Assembly (NCBI RefSeq): GCF_006345805.1
Contig: NC_043020.1
Coordinates: 20,522,001 to 20,586,000, forward strand
Direction: 5' to 3'
Length of the DNA stretch: 64,000 nucleotides
Source of the DNA: Octopus sinensis
Lineage: Eukaryota
How positions within the stretch are numbered: position 1 is the stretch's first letter; each line of letters begins with the position of its first letter. The notes beneath the pieces are model-generated. The model was not told where the DNA came from. It searched no databases and saw only the letters and a list, made by a program, of their open reading frames with translations. This document shows positions 1 to 12,207 of the stretch, in pieces. A program made the position numbers and the translations under genes.

Positions 1-960
1 CTGTTGTTTGGAGAACATTGCATAGCAGTAATTGCCTGGTATTGTAGGAGACTACAAATAACAGCATGAAAATGGGTTTCATCTGGAGAATTTAAGTGGC
101 AGGATTCATCTCTGGTTGGTCTCTTTTATGTATAGTAAGGTTTGGAGTTGACATGTCATGTAATAGATTATGTTTATGATGAGGTAAATGAAATGATTAG
201 TGGCATGAAAAGTATACTTTAAATTGTGTAGTGTAGTAATGTTCAGGGCGAAGAGAGAAGTGTTGAAACAGAAATAAATAATCTAGGCTGGGTATGGCAA
301 GGAAGTGAAAGAAAAGTGGTCCAGAAAGTCACATATTTTGCAGTCACATCTGAAGAAATGGAGGTGTTCAGTTAAGATGTGGAAAGCAGCAGGATTGGGC
401 AGGACAAAATGGAAATTGTATAGATTGGTGCACTGGGGAGATCAGGTATGAAGCTTGACAATTAAGGTGAAAAGAATACAGTTGATGATGGAACAGTGGA
501 GTGATCAATAAGTAAGGTATGCCAGTGAGTTACATCAATGGCTTGTTAGAGGTAACTATATTGGAGAAGGAAGTGAACCATTTGGTGGTACTTCATCTCA
601 AAGTCAGAATCTTAGCTATGGATGTGGAGGGAGAATTGTGATTTGGGTAAATTGGCTTAGAGAGTTGGATGGTATGAGGAGAAATCAAGCTATGAAGGAA
701 AGTTAGTAAGTTTATAAAAGACAGAGATAGAAAGGTGAGGGAGGGAGCATTATTTAAGACAAAAATGTTTAAGAAGCAGAGAGAGGTATTAGAAATGGTA
801 GGTGTGAATTTTAAAACAGAAGGGAAGGAGCTGACAAAGGAAATAAAGAAAAAGGGTTGCTTGCAAGTAATGGAGATAGTATAGATACTGTTGTCAATGT
901 AATGACCATATCACTTTGGGGTGCAGCCAGTGAAATGGATGATCTAAGTTTCAAGGAACT
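1..960 (-). mobile_element. Highly decayed LINE-like relic (L2/CR1-like?)
   Basis: Purine-skewed segment; minus-strand translation gives only weak LINE C-terminal-like fragments (e.g. VSYNTRQLL); no intact motif. Confidence 0.2.
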
Positions 961-3900
961 CAACAAATAGATTAGCATTGCTGAGGGCCAATCTTGTTAC
1001 CCATAGCTATTTCACAAAGTAATTTACAATAACTCTTCTTCTTAAGAGTTCCAACAGTTTTCTCAAAGGAACATTACATTACATTGAATACAATATAAAT
1101 AACCGAGTATTCTTCAGATATATTTACCTTAATTCAGGCACGGTGTGACAATGTCAGATAAAGATGGCTCTTTAAATTTTAACCACAACCCAACCAATAA
1201 ATTTCTATATTGCTTTTGTCTTCCAAATTACAGTTGAACAAATAAGAGCCTCTATGTGGTCAATTGACCTGCTAAAATACCTTAAATGAAGGACATACTG
1301 GACTGTGTAATCATAAATAGACAAAAAGAGAAACTAGACACAGCTGAAACACTTTTGCCTCATGATAGTTCTGAATACTCTGGTTTCTCCTCACCCCAAG
1401 CACATAATAGTTCTGAATAAGTAGACCTATGATTTAAACAACAACAATGACCCAACTGCACTTTGGAAGCTTTGATCAATTTCAGCTACTGGTAGAAGAC
1501 ACTTTGTCAAAGTACCATGCAGTGGATTCAAAATAAGAACATGATGATCAAGAAGCAAATTTGTAGACCACTAGGCCTTAAAATGGCTTCTGAGAAATCT
1601 TAGAGTACCATGAAAACATTCTAAGGCTCCACAAGCAAAGGGATCTTTTACTAAAATTAAATATAATTTTTTTTTATAAGGAAACAATGCCATTCACTAT
1701 TTTCACGATAATAAGTTATTACTATATGTTTTTGATAAGAATAAATTCTCCCTTGAAAACAATTTTTGCTTAATGTTTTATTAAAATTAAGGTGGCAGTG
1801 GTTGTCTGTAGAATATAGGTATGTATTCTCTGATTTTTGGAAAATCTTATAAAGATTCTACAACAAAATAAGTTCTGGAACCACAGCATGTGGCCATGTG
1901 CCCATTTTCAATATGGTGAAAGACGTGTTTCTCACAGAGGGAGCCTTGCACCTGCCGTAGGGTTGCGAACTGTGAGGATTAAATACTGGACAGACAAATT
2001 GCTATCTTTAATACAAATGAAAATGGTTAAAAAAATTTAAGCTGATTCAACACCATGGCAAAGAAAGAATTACATAGATGCAAATTTTGTCTTATCATGA
2101 ATAAAGGAATAGGAAGAAGATATCACAAATACTAGGGGTGGGGGGACTGAGATTTCTCAGAGAACCAATGATAAGGAAACTACATGAAATTCTGTCAACT
2201 TTCAAAACATGAAAAACAACAAAGAATAAAGTATCATTAGAAGAAAGTAAAAATATCTCATATATCTGCACATAGGTGAGTAACAAAACATGTTACAATC
2301 TTATATATACATTGAGGCAAGCAACAGAAATGTGTCCAAGACAAATGTGATGACTGAATGAAACAACTCTACATCTTCATATTATTTATGTTTAATCAAC
2401 TTCCCCACCTTTGCTCTCTACTGGATCACCTCGTTCACAACAGCTGACACAACACACCATGTGTAACACAACACACTTGTGTAAAAACAGTTGCTGCTAC
2501 CCTAAGTAGCTGTATATACAGATGCATGCACACACACACACACACACACCTTAGAACAGATACTTATGTTTACACATACTTAAACACACAACATACACAC
2601 AAACTCTCCTGCTCTCTGTCTGTCTCTCTCACACACACACACAGAAGAACATAATGACACAAACACGCAACATATAAGCATACACAAACTCTCCCTGACT
2701 ATTCACTGCACACTGGCACAAAATACTCTCTCTGTCATGCATTCAGACATGCATGCATACACACACGCACATGCACGCTCATACATAGACAGCACAGCAA
2801 TATTGGTAAATGACAGAAAGAATCAATAGAAATCAGGTAGTTAACAAGGTAACTAACATATAGTGTAGTGTTGGTAGTGGTAGTGATGATGATGATGATG
2901 ATGATGAAGACTGAAGCAGGAAGGTGGTTAGGGTTGGTGGTGGTTGTGGCAGTGGGATTCATTACAACATCAACAATAATAATGAAGGAGATAACAAAGG
3001 AAGAAACAGGAAAGTAGATTATCAGATCAATGGAGCTAATTTGGATTGAAATAAGAGAAGGAGGAGGGGAATAAATGAATGGATAACTGTAGAGGGAGGG
3101 GAAGGTAAATGAAGGTGAGACAAAATGGAGTGAATGGATGAAAAGAGGAAAGAAAGGAAAAGGTGTGTGTGTGTGTGTGTGTGTGCACGCATGTGCTGGT
3201 GTGTTTAAGGGAGAGAGAGAGAAAGAGATGGTGAACAATCTAGGATGGTGTCAAGTAATTATTAAACCATTCACCATTGACATGTTAAATAAACCAAATG
3301 AGTCGTACCTTTTTGTAGGTAGAGCTATGACAGTGGAGTGGAAAGTAGGAGTAGGGGTGGGTGAAAGCCAGGGACAAAATAACCCAAACTCACACACACA
3401 CACAAGCACGGACATTAATATGTTGTTTCTTTCTTTCTCTACATTCCCAAATTCATTCTTTCACACACACACGCTCTCTCACTCTTTTACCATCACTACT
3501 TCACTATCTCTCTAGTCTTTGTTAGTTACCCCCTCTCTGTTCCTACCTTTTCATTTATGTCTCCCAAAAGACAATTATTCAATTCCAGAGAAGACTGTTT
3601 CTATAGCAACAGTTGTTAACTTCTCCAACACTTTCTTCTTACGTAAGCAACACCTCTCCTCTAATTCAAAAGGTTCACCCTACTGCTACCACTGTTGTAC
3701 ATTATGATGATGACTGTGATGGTGATGATGATTGCTGTGGTAATGATGATGTCTTATTTTTTAAAAAATCACATAACATAAGCCATTCCCATTCATAACA
3801 GATGAAGAGAATAGTTACAGCTCCCTACAATGACCAACACTATATCCACATGTATCACTTTATTCTTTCAACTTCCTCAGAAGCACCATCATTATCAACA

Positions 3901-4109
3901 ACCACCACCTGCAACCCTTCAACACAACCGCCACTGGATTCACCTTCACCCCTATTCAATTTACCATCAGCAGTTGTCAGGATGAAAGTGGGTAAAATTT
4001 ATTATGAGTACTCAACAAGGATGGAGGTGGGGGATATAAAAAGTTAAAATAGAAACATAACATATCAACCAACCTGTGTAAGACACTGGAAAGTTAAGTA
4101 TATGAAGAC

Positions 4110-4500
4110 TGCTATGACTGATTGAGACATCTGGCATGGAAGAGTTGCATTGGTTCAGGCAAGTGGCCCACCCATATATAAAGACCTCCTTCAATCACAA
4201 ATGACCATAGAAAGCTCTCCTCCAAGGCACAAGTCTGGGTAAGGTTGGTTTTTGAAAGAGCAGCAGTTGCCCATGCATACCAGTCTCCCTTCTCCATGCC
4301 ACTGATGTTATGCAAGGGAAAGGCAAAGGGGCCGATACAGCTGGGCACCAGTGACATCATAACTCATTTTAATGGCTGAGTGAACAGGAGCAATGGGAAA
4401 TAAAGTGTCTTGTTCAAGAACACAACACACAGCCCGGACCGGGAATCAAACTCACAACCTCACACTTGTAAACTCAATGCTCTTATCACTGAGCCATGCA
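4110..4500 (-). mobile_element. tRNA-derived SINE, degenerate copy
   Basis: Minus strand begins GCATGGCTCAGTGATAAGAGC (A-box-like) ...GTGAGTTTGATTCCCGG (B-box-like), followed by TTCTTGAACAAGACACTT core-like motif. Confidence 0.6.
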
Positions 4501-4600
4501 TCATCACTACATATAGACACACACACACATATAACATTAGGTAAAAGGGATTAATAAATTCAGGCAGACATCTAGAAAGCACTCAATATCAAGTGAACTT

Positions 4601-4818
4601 AAGGTGGCAAGCTGGCAGAATTGTTAGCACACCAGACAAAATGCTTGGTGGCATTTTGCCTGTTTTTATGTTCTAAGTTCAAATTTCGCCAGGGTCAACT
4701 TTGCCTTTCATCCTTTCAGGGTTGACAAAATAAAGTGCCAGTTGAGCACTGTGGTCAATGCAATCAACTTATTCCCTCTTCCAAAATGACTGACCTTGTG
4801 CCAAAAATTAGAAACCAA
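4601..4818 (+). mobile_element. tRNA-derived SINE (second family), degenerate
   Basis: AAGGTGGCAAGCTGGCAGAA head, GTTCTAAGTTCAAAT B-box-like, CAACTTTGCCTTTCATCC body; homologous to copies at about 20684-20895 (+) and 49735-50215 (-). Confidence 0.65.
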
Positions 4819-5000
4819 AATTAAATGAATTTAGTTAACTATATAAAACAATCAGATACCAATAAATCCAATGTAATTCCCCATGTAGAAGTATTCTCTT
4901 CTTTTACAAGTCTTACAGCAAATCATCTTTGAAATGGAGAAAGTATTTGTGATTTTCTCCATTCTTGTTCATTTTAAATAATTAATATATATATATATAT

Positions 5001-5180
5001 ATCTAATGTAGGATAAAACTTTTTTCGAAAAAAATTTTTTTCCAAAAAAATTTTATCAATGGCCAGCATATTAAAAAATACCTTTAAAGGTTAAAATTAT
5101 AAACAATCCATAAATAAGGGCAAACGAAAAATTTTTTTGGAAAAGAATTTTTTTTCAAAAAGTTTTATCCTACATTAGAT
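5001..5180. mobile_element. Short fold-back / MITE-like element
   Basis: ATCTAATGTAGGATAAAACTTTTT at 5001 is the reverse complement of AAAAAGTTTTATCCTACATTAGAT ending at 5180; imperfect A/T-run symmetry continues inward. Confidence 0.6.
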
Positions 5181-5842
5181 ATAAATTTAAGTGTTCACTT
5201 CCAGACTCTTTCACTCTGTGAGAGCATCAGTTCAAATCGCACGTGTCTCGAATGGGCTAGAGTATTTCTATTTTGGATGTATTTGGGGTACTTAATTGTG
5301 CTCATGACTTAGTGTTTGCTTCTTCCATGGGTATGAGTAAGTATCTCATTTATTTCTTTTGCCACATGTATCACTGACGAAGGGAGGGCTGTTATAAGCA
5401 CTCAGGTTGTTTGGGCTTAGCCTGAGTATAAATTTAGTAAAGTGAATGTGTATTTGCAAGTTGATTTAATTTCTGCCAACACTGACTTAAGTATGTAATT
5501 GCAGCCAATAACTTGGGCTCCTTTTATTGAGTCTGGTTGCAGTTCATTTATTTTCCTTCAGTGTCTGGTGGTCATCTTAGAGGTGCCCTGTGTCAAAAAA
5601 TATCATTTGTAGCAGACGTTCTCTCCACATTGTTCACATGTGCCTAACTTGGGCTCAGAAGTTACAGCCTGAGTTCTTATCTATAATCGCATAAATTAAA
5701 AGTATTTCAAATTCGATGTTTTCTTGAAATAATAAATTTTTTATAGAGATTAGGATTTAAATTCCAATCTATGAAAAGTTTCCGTTCTACAGTATTCTGA
5801 AAGGAACGAAAAATGATCTAGCAACTTTGGCTAATTACAAAT

Positions 5843-6084
5843 GAGCCTGGTAGGTGAAAAGGACTAACTGACATCTCTTGTCAAGAGTACAAGCGACAGT
5901 CAGATCGGTGATGTTTGTTGTGTACTCTGCTTTCATTATTTGATTGCTGCTATACAGTAGTAATTCGGGCTTAATACGAACGAGCCTAGTAAGGTGTAAA
6001 GGACTGACATCTCTTATCAAGAGTACAGGTGACAGTCAGATCGCTGATGTTTGATGAGCACTGCACTTTCATTATTTGATTGCT
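5843..6084. repeat. Imperfect direct repeat, 2 x about 105 bp (period about 139)
   Basis: GAGCCT...GGACT..GACATCTCTT.TCAAGAGTACA.G.GACAGTCAGATCG.TGATGTTTG...TTTCATTATTTGATTGCT at about 5843-5947 and 5982-6084. Confidence 0.8.
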
Positions 6085-6330
6085 ATTATTCTGTGCATCT
6101 ATGTGTTAAGACCAGTTTTGTCTTGCATGGTTGCCTTATTTTTGCCCTTAACTTAGAAATGGAGAAAGACATAGTGCTAGATATATAAAAATAAGTTATT
6201 TGGAGCTAGAAATATTGTGGGAAACAAGAGGCATTCTTTCGTTAGAAGCAGCAAACTTGCTTACTGTTAAATTATCCTTGCATATGTAAGTCTGCAGTGT
6301 GCATTACATCTCTTACCTTCTTTTATACAT

Positions 6331-7217
6331 GTGTCTTATGCAAAAGTGAAGCAAGAAGATACGATCTCTCCAAAACTTTTCACTAAATATCTCGAGCAGA
6401 TCATCAGAGGCATTGACTGGCAAGGCGGTGTGAACATCAATGGCGAGCTACTCACCCACCTCCGTTTTGCTGATGACATCATAATCATTGCTGAAACCAT
6501 GGATCAGCTTCAAACCATGCTGATCGAGTTTGACATCAAAAGCTCTGTAGTAGGTCTCAAGATGAACCGCATGAAAATGAAGTTCATACGGTCAGACAAC
6601 GTTGAATGGTGATCAGCAGTGATGAAAAAGAGGAGGTAAAGGAATATGTCTACCTGGGACAGGAAGTGAATATGTGCCGAGATATCAAAAAGGAGATCTC
6701 ACGGAGAGTAAGGGCTGGATGGAAGACATTTAATGGTGTAAGGGATGTGCTCAAGGGAGGGTTGGACAGGACCACCCACACCAACCTCATCAATAGCACA
6801 GTTCTACCTGCAATGTTATATGGTAGTGAAATATGGGCTACAACAAAGAGAGAAGAACAGAGATTGGTAACGACTCAAAGAGTCATGGAGAGGTCAATGC
6901 TTGGTATCTCGTTGAGAGAGCACATCAGTGGCGAGGTCATCAGAGAGAAGTCTGGTGTGAGGGATGTCATCGTAGAATATACACACAGCAAGTGTAGATG
7001 GGCTGGACACATCGCCTAACTCACCGATAATTGGTGGACCCGCGCAAGCGGAAACGACCACTCGGAAGGCCTCCACGACGGTGGAGTTACGATTTCAGGA
7101 GGGCACTTGGGATCATGTGGATGAGAAAGGCACGATCCAGAGAGGAGTGGACTGTTTGCTGTGACCAGCAGTGCCAAATGGATGCCTGACGGACTGGTCG
7201 GTCAAGGTAATCAAGGT

Positions 7218-7228
<11 letters not shown>
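6331..7228 (+). mobile_element. RTE-clade LINE, 5'-truncated 3' fragment (RT C-half, C-terminal domain, 3' end)
   Basis: VKQEDTISPKLF, HLRFADDI, YVYLGQ, VLPAMLYGSEIWA, RWAGHIA motifs with a frameshift and stops; ends in CAAGGTAATCAAGGTGAT tail running into (TA)n. Confidence 0.92.
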
Positions 7229-7286
<58 letters not shown>

Positions 7287-7332
7287 ATGAATGCAAGCAT
7301 GGATGAGTGGTTAAGATTTTGCTTTGCAACTA

Positions 7333-7420
7333 CAGTAATTCCTCGGCTGTTACGTTCCAAATCACCCACTGAAAGGTGAAAATCTGCGAAGTAGAAACAG
7401 TACTGTACTGTATATTTTCT
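7333..7420 (+). mobile_element. Possible Tigger/pogo-like TIR end fragment
   Basis: TA-CAGTAATTCCTCG start resembles Tigger-type termini; no partner TIR found. Confidence 0.25.
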
Positions 7421-8793
7421 TTTTTATTTTAATAATTTGTATATATCTTATTATAAATGCAAAACAACATCACAGAGGAATTGATTTCAGCTTAAATAAT
7501 AAACTGCAATATGGAAAAGGATTACTGTATGTAGTTTCAGGTTCAGTCCTAATGCATGGTATTTTGTGCAAGTACCTTCTACTATAGCCTCAGTTTGACA
7601 TATCTTGTGAGTGAAATTTGGTAAATAGTAACTGTACAGAAGCCCATTATGTGTGTGTGGCTCCATCTGTGTTTCTGTTTATGTCCTATAACTTAGCAGT
7701 TCAAGAAATAGCGAATGGTAAAATATATACCAAACTTTCTCAAAAACAGAAATCCATTATATCATGCTTTTACACAATTAAAACACTAAGAACAATAAGT
7801 CAACTAATAACTAATAAATCAAATATGAAGTGACCAGAAGAGAGGGGATTCTGCATTTGGATGGAGATGGAATGAAAATGGTTCAGAGGTGCAGAGGCCA
7901 TCCTAGTACTGGTAGAGCATTTGTAAGGTTAGTGAATAAATAATGCAATATGTGTTCTGCCGAAACAGAACATATTAATGATTACCAAGCATTCTCATCC
8001 CCTTCCTTTTTATCATGGTTCTGCATGTCATATCAGCAAAGTTTAAGTTTGGTTATTCTCTGCTGCAAATGGTATGCATGACTCTAACAAGCCATTCACC
8101 TACACCTAGCTTTCTTATCAACCATCAAACTATTGCACACTGTGACATCTCCAGTTAAACAAATGCTATGTCTAGTGGTTAACGCTTAGTTAAGAATTTC
8201 TATAGTTGTCTCACTCAGAAGACAGTACCAACAGGACCCAGTTCAGGCACAAATCCAAAGTACATTTCATTCAAAATTAATTCTTCTCTTAATTAGTTGT
8301 GCTAAAATAACACTTTCTGTTACTATCATACCTGTTAGAAGTAATAATGCATAACCAAATTTAGAGCCAGAAAATTAAAGAACTAAACAAAATGAAGCAA
8401 TATTGAATGATAATGAATAATGAGTGATAGGGAGAGATGAAAAGAGAGGTAGAAAGGAAGAGAAGGAGGCAGAAGAGAGAGAGGAGGTGAGTATGTGAGG
8501 GAAGTGAAAGAGCGAGTCAGAGGAGACAGACAGTCAGAAGAAAGAAAATATGGATACCCCTGCAACCTGTTATGTATGATAGGGAGGAAGTGGAGATGTG
8601 AGGAGAAAGCTAGAGTTATGACAACAGGGTTTAGTAACACACAGTAATCTTTGAATCTCACTTGAAATCCTGCTTAGAATATCAAGGAGGATTTAAAAGA
8701 TGCCTGAGCATATATTACATACACACACAAACAGATATCTACATACATACATTTTTATAAATATATGTGTGTGTGTGTGTACACACATACATA

Positions 8794-8840
<47 letters not shown>

Positions 8841-9427
8841 ACACATACAATAAAACCTGTAGAAAGCATCAGCCAAAGACTTTACAGCTCAAGTTTATGT
8901 TTACATAAAAGAGTCATTATCTTCTTAAATCTCTTTGAGACTCGCACTCTTTCTCGTCTTCCTTAGAAGTACTTCAGGAGGAACGCAGTCCATAACAGAC
9001 ATACATTTCATGAACTTATTTCTTTCCTCACAGCTTAGTCACTACATATATTTAAGGGCCAAAACCTTGTGCACTGAAGTGGTGAATAGTTGTCTTGTAC
9101 AAGATACGCAGTGATTTAGTAAGTAACAGATGAACTGTGAACAGCAATGGGGATAAAGGCTTTTATCTCCAAGTTGAACAGTAAAAGTTTGTATCACATT
9201 AATCATAGTATGAAATCTGGATAAAGTACCAAGCATGTCTTTCCCTACTAAATAGCAACAAAGAGGTTAAAAAGTGTGAGCATGGCAGCAAACATTCCTT
9301 GTCTTGCTTGCTTACCTGGTAACAGCAGCAGAGCAAGAAAGAATAAGAAGCATCTGATAATAACATTAAAACAAAAGGTCTCTCTAAAAGTGCCTAAAAC
9401 TACTTCGCTCATTATAAAATTTGTGCA

Positions 9428-10683
9428 ACCGTGTAATTTATGCAGGTGATTTTGAGGATAAAATTTGTTAATAAAAGCTTCTATTCATGTAAAATTCGCA
9501 CCCAAAAGTTTTCAGAATTGCCAGGGGAAAAAGGTTTACAATTTAGTTGTATTTAGCATAATTTCACTTACTTATGATTAGATTTTATTAAATTTTCATT
9601 AAATAAAAATAATTTCTGTTTAACAGGTATCACATTGAAAGCTATTAAATTTAAAAGTGTTTGTGTTGTTTATAATAAACTTTATTTTACATTTCTTGCC
9701 CACAAGAGATTATGTCCAATCTTTAGCATACTGCTGTGTGTCTTCTCAAATCACAATCACAGGAAAAGTTGTTGATAAGGATTACCAACAAAAACAAAGC
9801 TGATAAATACATACAGGTGTTGCAAATTAAGTTTAATAACCAATAAACATTGGCTTGGATGACACTTTACTCAACTGACAGAGGAAAGTGACTGATCAAA
9901 CTGATTATGTAAAGAGAATTCCTTTCCGCCTATTCTTGTTGGAACCTTTGATATGGAGTGTCAAAATTTTAATCCCTTTCACACTAACAAAATGTCAAGC
10001 AAATTTTAAAATTTGTCCTTACAGTTATTGTCAGTATGGGCAGAACTTATGAATCATTTACTGTGAAGGAGAAATTAAATATGTTGAATATGCATTTGAA
10101 CATGACAATAGATCTGCTGGAAGGCATTTTAATGTTAATGAAGCCAATGTTTGAAATTGGCATAAACAGTATGATAAACTTAAAACTGTACCTAGTAAGA
10201 AACAGACAAAAAAAAAAAAAAAAAAACTCCATTCAAGATTATGCATATCATTACATTTTTTTCAGTCAGGAATATCCATATCCCTATGTATGCCAATGGT
10301 GCTCCATTACAATAGGTAGAAACTCCAAGCAATATAAAATATGGCCCAGACCATGTTTACCAGCATGAACATCAGACTTCAAAAAGTAGTTAACCATTTA
10401 ATGGTTTTAGTAAATTTATACAGAAACAGTAAGCATTATACCATCCAGCATGAATAAAAGTCAACTTCATTATATTTAAGCCATTAATTTTTCTGTAAAA
10501 ACCTATTCTGACATTAGACGAGTCAACTTCCGGTACAAATGTTTATATTTTGCATGTCTTTTTCCAACAAAAAAAATTTCAAAAAAATTCTGGAAACAAT
10601 CTACTCATGTAATTTATGTACCTCCTAAAGTTTATTTTTATTTTTGTGAAAAAAGTGCATAAATTACATGGGTTTTTACGGCA
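9428..10683 (+). mobile_element. pogo-family DNA transposon relic with Brinker-type HTH N-terminus
   Basis: From 10036: MGRTYESFTVKEKL/(shift)YVEYAFEHDNRSAGRHFNVNEANV*NWHKQ; right end TGCATAAATTACATGGGTTTTTACGGCA with a partial inverted match AACCGTGTAATTTATGCA at about 9428. Confidence 0.6.
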
Positions 10684-11049
10684 TACACACACACACACAT
10701 ACATACATATATATAGTAAGGTGCTAAGTTAACAGAGACATAAAAATACTGGCCAGAAAGACTTGTGGTATTCATTCTGGCTGTCTTCCCTCAGGGAACA
10801 AGTACCGCCTAAAAGAATTTTCCATTTTATCTTATAGGGTTTGATAAATAAAAAGCACCAGACCACTACTGGAGTGAATTCTTTCTTTCTCTTCTTTTCT
10901 TTCAAAAAAATCAGCTGTTTTCATATATAAAAGGTATGGGCTATGCCAGGTTTAAAATGTTAAAGTCATTCCATGTGTCATTCAAGTATCCCTGGAACTC
11001 CATCAGGTATTAAGGTTTATACCCATACATATAAATTATAAAGTAGCGA

Positions 11050-11121
11050 CACAAAGGGTGTATGCATTTATATACATACATACATATATAATATACACAC
11101 ACACATATATATTATATATAT

Positions 11122-11214
<93 letters not shown>

Positions 11215-11435
11215 TCATCATCGTCATTTAGCGTCCGTTTTCCATGCTAGCATGGGTTGGACCAACCATATATATATATATATATATATTTAGTGTAGGA
11301 AGATTTTAGGCCCCATGGTCGTAACCTCAACTGTGCTTTTTCTGTTGTGATTTTTGCTACCCAGGTATCAGTTATCATTTGAATTATCCGTAATAAGATA
11401 ATTCATTTATCTACTTCAATATATATATATAATAC

Positions 11436-11524
<89 letters not shown>

Positions 11525-11567
11525 TATATATATGTGTATATATATATATATTGTATATATATTATAT

Positions 11568-11611
<44 letters not shown>

Positions 11612-11618
11612 ATATGTA
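11050..11618. repeat. (TA)n/(CA)n microsatellite array
   Basis: Directly visible; source of the YIYIYI pseudo-ORFs. Confidence 0.95.
11212..11268 (-). mobile_element. Very short 3' end of the RTE family, inserted in the (TA)n array
   Basis: ATCATCATCATCGTCATTTAGCGTCCGTTTTCCATGCTAGCATGGGTTGG matches the terminus of the RTE at 27585 and the fragment at 38942. Confidence 0.75.
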
Positions 11619-11718
11619 NNNNNNNNNNNNNNNNNNNNNNNNNNNNNNNNNNNNNNNNNNNNNNNNNNNNNNNNNNNNNNNNNNNNNNNNNNNNNNNNNN
11701 NNNNNNNNNNNNNNNNNN
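11619..11718. other. Assembly gap (100 N)
   Basis: Run of exactly 100 N; likely a fixed-size scaffolding gap. Confidence 0.99.
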
Positions 11719-12167
11719 GTAACGAATCAAACAGGTAAGATGTATTAAGAATATGAATTTTAGTGTTTATTCATAATGCTATTGTTGTTTACACTCGTTA
11801 ATTAAATTTACCTGCCCATAAAAGTCAAATTTAATCAGAAAGATCAGCTAAAATTACATAACTATAAACCACTGGCATATAAGCACCCATTTACAAAATT
11901 TCAAATCTGTATGTAGAAAATTAACAAAGTTACAAGCAAATATTGTGGACACCCCATTTGAACCTGAATAAATCAAAATTAATGTGAACAGATAAGCATT
12001 AGATTTGACAAATTAATCTGAACACTAAAGGGTTAAAGGGAGATGTTTGCATGTGTGTGTTGTATTTATTTTTTTATGCTCATATATTTGTTGTGGAGGA
12101 GGGTAAGGGTCGTGCAAAATAAGAAAAGACAGTTATTAATGTATGTGTATGCATGTGGGTGGGTGTG

Positions 12168-12207
<40 letters not shown>

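Noticed and set aside
1837-2040. 67-aa ORF with RRVSHRGSL
   Set aside because: TTG start, no recognisable domain, no convincing splice pair
5195-5235. CTGATG...TGAAA on the minus strand as a hammerhead
   Set aside because: Core lacks A9 and there is no stem I or stem III complementarity
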